From contig JAYEOL010000022.1 in NCBI GenBank assembly GCA_034722995.1, positions 4,859 through 68,858 of the forward strand: a DNA stretch of 64,000 bases. The letters run 5' to 3'. Numbering within the stretch: the stretch's first letter is position 1; each line of letters opens with the position of its first letter. Both the position numbers and the translations under genes were made by a program. Positions 59,849 to 64,000 of the stretch are shown in pieces. The DNA comes from Candidatus Cloacimonadota bacterium. Lineage in GTDB: Bacteria > Cloacimonadota > Cloacimonadia > JGIOTU-2. The notes beneath the pieces are model-generated. The model was not told where the DNA came from. It saw only the letters and a list, made by a program, of their open reading frames with translations, and made no database searches.

Positions 59849-60189
59849 TGAAAATAATAACCGAGCCCACTTCTCTCAATGAACTTTGGGGTAACCGCAA
59901 AGTCAAATTCGAGGATATGATGAAGATAGTGGTTGATGTCGGGCGGGAAATAGTTGCAGCAGATGCTGAACTTCATGCTGATTTGGAAGCTCTGCTGTTA
60001 GAAAATGGCTCCCGGCAATATGATATCTGGGGCATCAATATCTATTCTGATAAAAACGAAGATGATTATATTGAATATACTGCACTTATCAATATCAAAC
60101 CATCTCAAGATAATCGAAGTATGGAAGTTGAAGATCCTCAAACCCGACATAAAATTCGTGAAATTTGTGCGAGGTTACTGAAAAGATAA
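59812..60189 (+). CDS. Hypothetical protein. The true start may be the internal ATGATG at about 59912.
   Basis: ORF only; no recognisable family. Overlaps the next ORF. Confidence 0.35.
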   Translation: MESYKKSINHIIVKIITEPTSLNELWGNRKVKFEDMMKIVVDVGREIVAADAELHADLEALLLENGSRQYDIWGINIYSDKNEDDYIEYTALINIKPSQDNRSMEVEDPQTRHKIREICARLLKR

Positions 60190-60518
60190 TGCTTCATACT
60201 CACCTCACTTTAGAAAAATGGAGATCCTTCAGCCCTGATAAGCAGATTCTTATGATTGCAAATGAGATTAATAGAGCAAAGAACTGGATAGAAAAGAAGG
60301 ATTTTGAGAAGGTTTCAAATTGCTATGAGCGTGCCTTTGAGCTTATTGATTTCACTGTTGATGGTTCTAAAGATAAAAGTTTTATAAGGGAGTTGCTGAG
60401 ATTCCGGGAAATTTTGGCAATAAATTATAGTAAAAATACGCAAAGTTATCCGAATTATACTTTATACAACTTACTCTTAAGTATGAATGTTGTTTCGTAT
60501 AATTTATTGAGAGGGTAG
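60165..60518 (+). CDS. Hypothetical protein carrying the partner-family motif (…SPDKQILMIANEINRAK…)
   Basis: The [ST]P[DE]..[ILV]..[IF].....R motif is shared with the small partner proteins at 48918, 56313, 59104 and 61407. Confidence 0.35.
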   Translation: MCEVTEKIMLHTHLTLEKWRSFSPDKQILMIANEINRAKNWIEKKDFEKVSNCYERAFELIDFTVDGSKDKSFIRELLRFREILAINYSKNTQSYPNYTLYNLLLSMNVVSYNLLRG

Positions 60519-60710
60519 TGAATCGCAAAGCGTGAAAAGTGGAGTAAATTTACTCCTACTCAACAAATATTAATGATAGGGAATGATTATAAAATTAAAA
60601 CTAAAAAATCAAAGAAAAAATAAAAAGAGTAAAGACTAAAGACCAAAGTAACACAATCCATGCCAAAGGCAGACAGGCGTCTCGATTGTGAAGATTAAAG
60701 ATTAAAGATA

Positions 60711-60852
60711 AGTAGCACGGATCCCCGCGTCCGCGGGGACTGTTCCGTAAAAGACCAAAAATTATCCACCTTCACTATAGTTACGGAGGACAAGAAGGTA
60801 AACGGAAAGTAGCACGGATCCCCCCGTCCGCTGGGACTGTTTCGTAAAAGAT
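60711..60852. repeat. Two 45-nt direct repeats (agtagcacggatcccc[g/c]cgtccgc[g/t]gggactgtt[c/t]cgtaaaaga) with a 97-nt period
   Basis: Read directly. Each contains a ccccgcg-tc-cgcgggg hairpin. The sequence between them has a homolog at 62100-62140. Confidence 0.55.
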
Positions 60853-60871
60853 TAAAGAAAAAAAATTAAGA

Positions 60872-61426
60872 ATGAAAAATGAATTTGATATATTGTTTGA
60901 TATAATTAATAGATTTAATGAAATAAATATTCCTTATATGCTTACTGGCTCATTAGCTATGAACTATTATGCTGAACCACGAATGACAAGGGATATTGAT
61001 TTTATCATTGTGTTGCAACCAAAAATGAAAATTGGTCTAATCCAAAAATTTAAGGATGATTATTATATTTCAGAAAAAGCTTTCAGCGAAGCAATAAAAT
61101 ATAATTCAATGTTTAATATTATTCATAAACAATCTGTTATTAAAGCTGATTTGATTATTAGGAAAAATTCGGAATATAGAGAAAATGAGTTTAAAAGAAG
61201 AAAAAAAGTAATAATTCAAGGTCATTCAATATATATTGTTTCAAAGGAAGATTTGATAATTTCTAAGATATTTTGGTCCAGAGAATCTAAATCAGAAATA
61301 CAAAAAAGAGATATTATAAACCTGCTTAATGATAATTATGATAAAAATTACTTAATAGAGTGGTTAAAAAAGATTGAATTATATAATTTTGCAAAGGAGT
61401 TTGTCGGTGAAAGATACTTCAGATAA
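60872..61426 (+). CDS. AbiEii-like / minimal nucleotidyltransferase-fold protein (module copy 4)
   Basis: YMLTGSLAMNYYAEPRMTRDIDFI. Confidence 0.6.
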   Translation: MKNEFDILFDIINRFNEINIPYMLTGSLAMNYYAEPRMTRDIDFIIVLQPKMKIGLIQKFKDDYYISEKAFSEAIKYNSMFNIIHKQSVIKADLIIRKNSEYRENEFKRRKKVIIQGHSIYIVSKEDLIISKIFWSRESKSEIQKRDIINLLNDNYDKNYLIEWLKKIELYNFAKEFVGERYFR

Positions 61427-61697
61427 GATTAATAAAATATATCATAAAATGTTGATGAAAAAATCAGGGGAAGAACGATTCCTTATGGGAATAAGTTTAT
61501 GTGAAACTGCCAGAAAAATGGTTTTGGCTTCCTTTCCTGATAATATCAATGAAGATGAAAAACATGTGAAATTATTGATTAGATATTATAAAAATGAATT
61601 TTCAACAAATGAAATGAATAAAATTGTTGATAATATTAAAACAACCCAGTTCACCCTGTTAAATCCCTTCGGGATCCCGATATATCGGGATATTTAA
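61407..61697 (+). CDS. Partner-family small protein downstream of NTase copy 4 (GTG start with AAGGAG RBS)
   Basis: …KKSGEERFLMGISLCETARKM… shares the partner motif. Gene order is inverted relative to the other copies. Confidence 0.4.
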   Translation: MKDTSDKINKIYHKMLMKKSGEERFLMGISLCETARKMVLASFPDNINEDEKHVKLLIRYYKNEFSTNEMNKIVDNIKTTQFTLLNPFGIPIYRDI

Positions 61698-61865
61698 CAG
61701 GGTGAAATAAAAGAAGCATAAGATTTCACCCCGATGAAATAACAAAAAAAAGATTTCATCCCAGTGAAACAAAAAAGATGGTTTCACAGGATAAATTGGG
61801 CAGGCGGGTCAAGAAAAGTAAAAAGCAATCCGTCTACGCTACACCGAGACTGGCAACTAAAAAGC

Positions 61866-61904
61866 AATGAATAATGAATAATGAATAATGAATAATGAAT
61901 AATG
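61866..61904. repeat. Heptanucleotide tandem repeat (aatgaat) x5.6
   Basis: Read directly. A degenerate copy (aatgaataatgaacaatgaacaa) lies at 59088-59110. Confidence 0.7.
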
Positions 61905-62339
61905 TAGAATGGGATAAAGTAAAAAGGGATAAAGTAAAAAAATAAAATGAAAATTGATAAAAATATTAAAGATAATCCTTTATTATACAAAACTTTTCTT
62001 TTGGCACTTGAGATAATAAAATTATAAAAATATCTTACAAAAGAGAAGAAAGAATATATAATGTCCAAATAGTTAAAGACAAGATTAAAGACTAAAGACC
62101 ATCCACCTTCGTTATGACTACGGTGAACAAGAAGATTAAAGATTAAGGCAAAAGCAGAAAGAGTAAAGGTAAAGGAGTAAAGATTAAAGGTAAACCTGCT
62201 CCGCAAATGCTTCGTACTTGTCTTACGAAGTTCTCTGGATGGAGAACGAAGTATGAGGTCAAGAAGAAAAAGCAGACAAATAATCCGTCTGAGGCGTCCT
62301 AAAATAAGTTGACTCAAAAGAATGAAATGAGAAGCAAAT

Positions 62340-63695
62340 ATGCGATATAATATTTCACAGGGTGAATCGGAAACCGTTGAGTTTAAAGAATCTCTGGGAG
62401 AATGGAAAGAAATTATTAATACTATCAGTGCATTTAGTAATACAAATGGTGGAGTAATTTTGGTTGGTATAAATGATTGTGGGGGAATAAGTGGGGTTAT
62501 TACTGGTAAAAGTACTTTAGAGGACTTAACTAATAAAATCAATGAGAATACAGACCCCAAAATTTACCCTCATATAACCACGAAATTAATAGATGGAAAA
62601 TCCATAGTTATCATTGAGATAAAAGAATCTTTTGACCATTTAGTGGTGGCTTTTGGCAGACCTTATAAGAGAGTTGGTAAATCTACCGTAAGAATGTCAA
62701 AAGACGAATACGAAAGCCTGATTTTAGAAAAGCATAAAGAGAAATTATATTTTGATTCTCAAATATGCAAAGAAGCCAGCTTAGGCGATATCGATAATAT
62801 TAAAGTAAAAAGATTTATAGAAAGAGCGAATTTTGAAAGGAGATTAGAGATAAATCCGAATATAACACCAAAAGAGGCTTTAAAAAAATTAAGCCTTGTA
62901 AAAAAAGATAAATTAGCTAATGCTGCAATTTTATTGTTCGGCAAGAATCCTCAGAAATTCTTTTTACAGGCAGAGACAAGATGTGCTCGTTTTAAAGGGA
63001 CTGAACCTTTAGAATTTATCGATATGAAGGTCTTTGGAGGAAATATAATTGATCAAAGAGAAGATGCCTTAGAATTTGTTAAGGAACATATTCAACTTCA
63101 CGCAGAAATTAAAGGAACAGAAAGGATAGAGAGATGGGAATATCCTATTGAAGCTATAAGAGAGGCGATTACTAACGCAATCTGTCACCGTAATTATAAA
63201 ATTTCCAGTAATGCCCAGATTAGAATTTTTGATGATAGAATCGAAGTTTGGGGTTGTGGTCCTCTACCAGAACCATTAACAGTGGAGGATTTAAGGAAAA
63301 AACATGATTCGGTCTTAAGAAACCCACTAATTGGGAAATGTTTCTTTTTAATTAAATATATTGAACAATGGGGAACGGGAACCAATAGAATGATTAAAAA
63401 ATGTCTAAGTTCTGGTTTGCCTGAACCTTTATTTGAAGAAATTTCCGGGAATCTCGTGGTTACATTTAGAGGGAAAATTACTAAGGAATATTTAGAGGGT
63501 TTGGATTTAAATAAGAGGCAAATTGTAGCTATGGAGTATATTAAAAAAATCGGAAAAATTACAAACAAAAAATATAGAGAAATGTTTCCAGAAATATCCA
63601 ATGAAACAGCAAGGCTTGATTTAAATATACTGGTTAGAAAGAGGTTATTGAATAAAAAAGGTGAAAAGAGGGGTGCGTACTATACTATCAGATAA
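62340..63695 (+). CDS. AlbA_2 (Schlafen-like) DNA-binding domain plus RecG-C/HATPase_c_4-type domain protein ('ATP-dependent DNA helicase RecG-related' regulator)
   Basis: N-terminal ESETVEFKESL...FSNTNGGVILVGI (AlbA_2). C-terminal wHTH region; 451 aa. Confidence 0.65.
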   Translation: MRYNISQGESETVEFKESLGEWKEIINTISAFSNTNGGVILVGINDCGGISGVITGKSTLEDLTNKINENTDPKIYPHITTKLIDGKSIVIIEIKESFDHLVVAFGRPYKRVGKSTVRMSKDEYESLILEKHKEKLYFDSQICKEASLGDIDNIKVKRFIERANFERRLEINPNITPKEALKKLSLVKKDKLANAAILLFGKNPQKFFLQAETRCARFKGTEPLEFIDMKVFGGNIIDQREDALEFVKEHIQLHAEIKGTERIERWEYPIEAIREAITNAICHRNYKISSNAQIRIFDDRIEVWGCGPLPEPLTVEDLRKKHDSVLRNPLIGKCFFLIKYIEQWGTGTNRMIKKCLSSGLPEPLFEEISGNLVVTFRGKITKEYLEGLDLNKRQIVAMEYIKKIGKITNKKYREMFPEISNETARLDLNILVRKRLLNKKGEKRGAYYTIR

Positions 63696-63703
63696 CAGAT
63701 AAT

Positions 63704-63904
63704 ATGAATATCCCAAATTTATCCCAAAATTATCCCAAATTATTTGAAATGATTCATTATTTAAAAATTGGAATATTAATTAATAGAGTGAAAAAGAAAG
63801 AAATTGAGCCGTTGTTAGATATTGATGATATCGCTATTGAGACTGGAATTTCTGATCTTGCTGAAAATTACGATTACTATTTATATGGAGTCCAAAAAAA
63901 GTGA
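63704..63904 (+). CDS. Small hypothetical protein, possible antitoxin; its stop overlaps the downstream PIN start
   Basis: 66-aa ORF; acidic C-terminus. Confidence 0.3.
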   Translation: MNIPNLSQNYPKLFEMIHYLKIGILINRVKKKEIEPLLDIDDIAIETGISDLAENYDYYLYGVQKK

Positions 63905-63990
63905 ATAAACTTGTATTTATTGATACTTTTGCTTGGATTGCAATTTTAAATAAAAGTGATACTTACCATACTGTGTTACTTATGATTTGA
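63901..63990 (+). pseudogene. N-terminal fragment of a PIN-domain (VapC-like) gene, truncated after 29 codons
   Basis: GTG start; KLVFIDTFAWIAILNKSD is a typical PIN N-terminus with the first Asp. In-frame TGA at 63988. Confidence 0.4.
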
Positions 63991-64000
63991 AACATTTAAT

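Noticed and set aside
60711-60852. Possible mini-CRISPR array (two 45-nt direct repeats with a partially palindromic core)
   Set aside because: Only two repeat copies. The 'spacer' is about 52 nt and is itself a repeated module (homolog at 62100-62140). No cas genes. It fits the dispersed-repeat mosaic instead.

Overview
This 64-kb window is low-GC (about 33%) and looks like an FCB-group bacterium (Cloacimonadota/Bacteroidota-like). Evidence: three secreted proteins carry T9SS C-terminal sorting domains, there is an UpxY/NusG-like antiterminator, and the RBSs are A-rich. The window has two clearly different parts.

Part 1 (1 to about 34.1 kb) is a fairly ordinary chromosomal backbone.
- Plus-strand genes: recR (3' end), efp, a NUDIX hydrolase, a DUF1232 protein, rdgB, phosphomannomutase, an ABC-2 transporter, a P4-family acid phosphatase and rmuC.
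- Minus-strand genes: elbB, a Mut7-C RNase-domain protein, plsY, degV, yloV, an NtrC-type regulator with a histidine kinase, an S9 peptidase, a PDZ protein, a PTS-EIIA protein and a CPA2 antiporter.
- Three T9SS cargo proteins sit among these: a beta-helix protein, a protein with two tandem 100-aa repeats, and an FG-GAP protein.

Part 2 (about 34.2 to 64 kb) starts at tadA and a pair of tRNA-Ser genes. Almost everything here is on the + strand and the region looks accessory or decaying. It contains:
- an amino-acid / D-amino-acid handling cluster: GNAT, an alanine-racemase-fold enzyme, an APC permease, a metallophosphoesterase, a nucleotidyltransferase (NTase), a class-III aminotransferase, an M20 amidohydrolase, and an alanine racemase interrupted by an in-frame TAG, followed by D-aminoacylase and GNAT gene remnants;
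- ahcY and metK separated by an inserted small-protein + NTase module;
- an UpxY-led polysaccharide locus (WbpB-like oxidoreductase, WbpE-like DegT aminotransferase, UDP-sugar epimerase) interrupted by toxin-antitoxin-like modules: a degenerate MNT + HepT pair, VapBC, and at least four copies of a module made of a small protein plus a roughly 180-aa AbiEii-like NTase;
- three near-identical tail-less SSB paralogs;
- a RecG-C/AlbA_2 (Schlafen-like) protein;
- intergenic DNA built from recurring short GC-rich hairpin/inverted-repeat modules.

The most unusual pattern is that several of these palindromic modules lie inside coding sequences, in frame, and add peptide segments without breaking the ORF. 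This happens in the DegT aminotransferase, in two T9SS C-terminal domains and at the tadA 3' end. It resembles Rickettsia palindromic elements.

No integrase, transposase, CRISPR array or rRNA gene is visible in the window.
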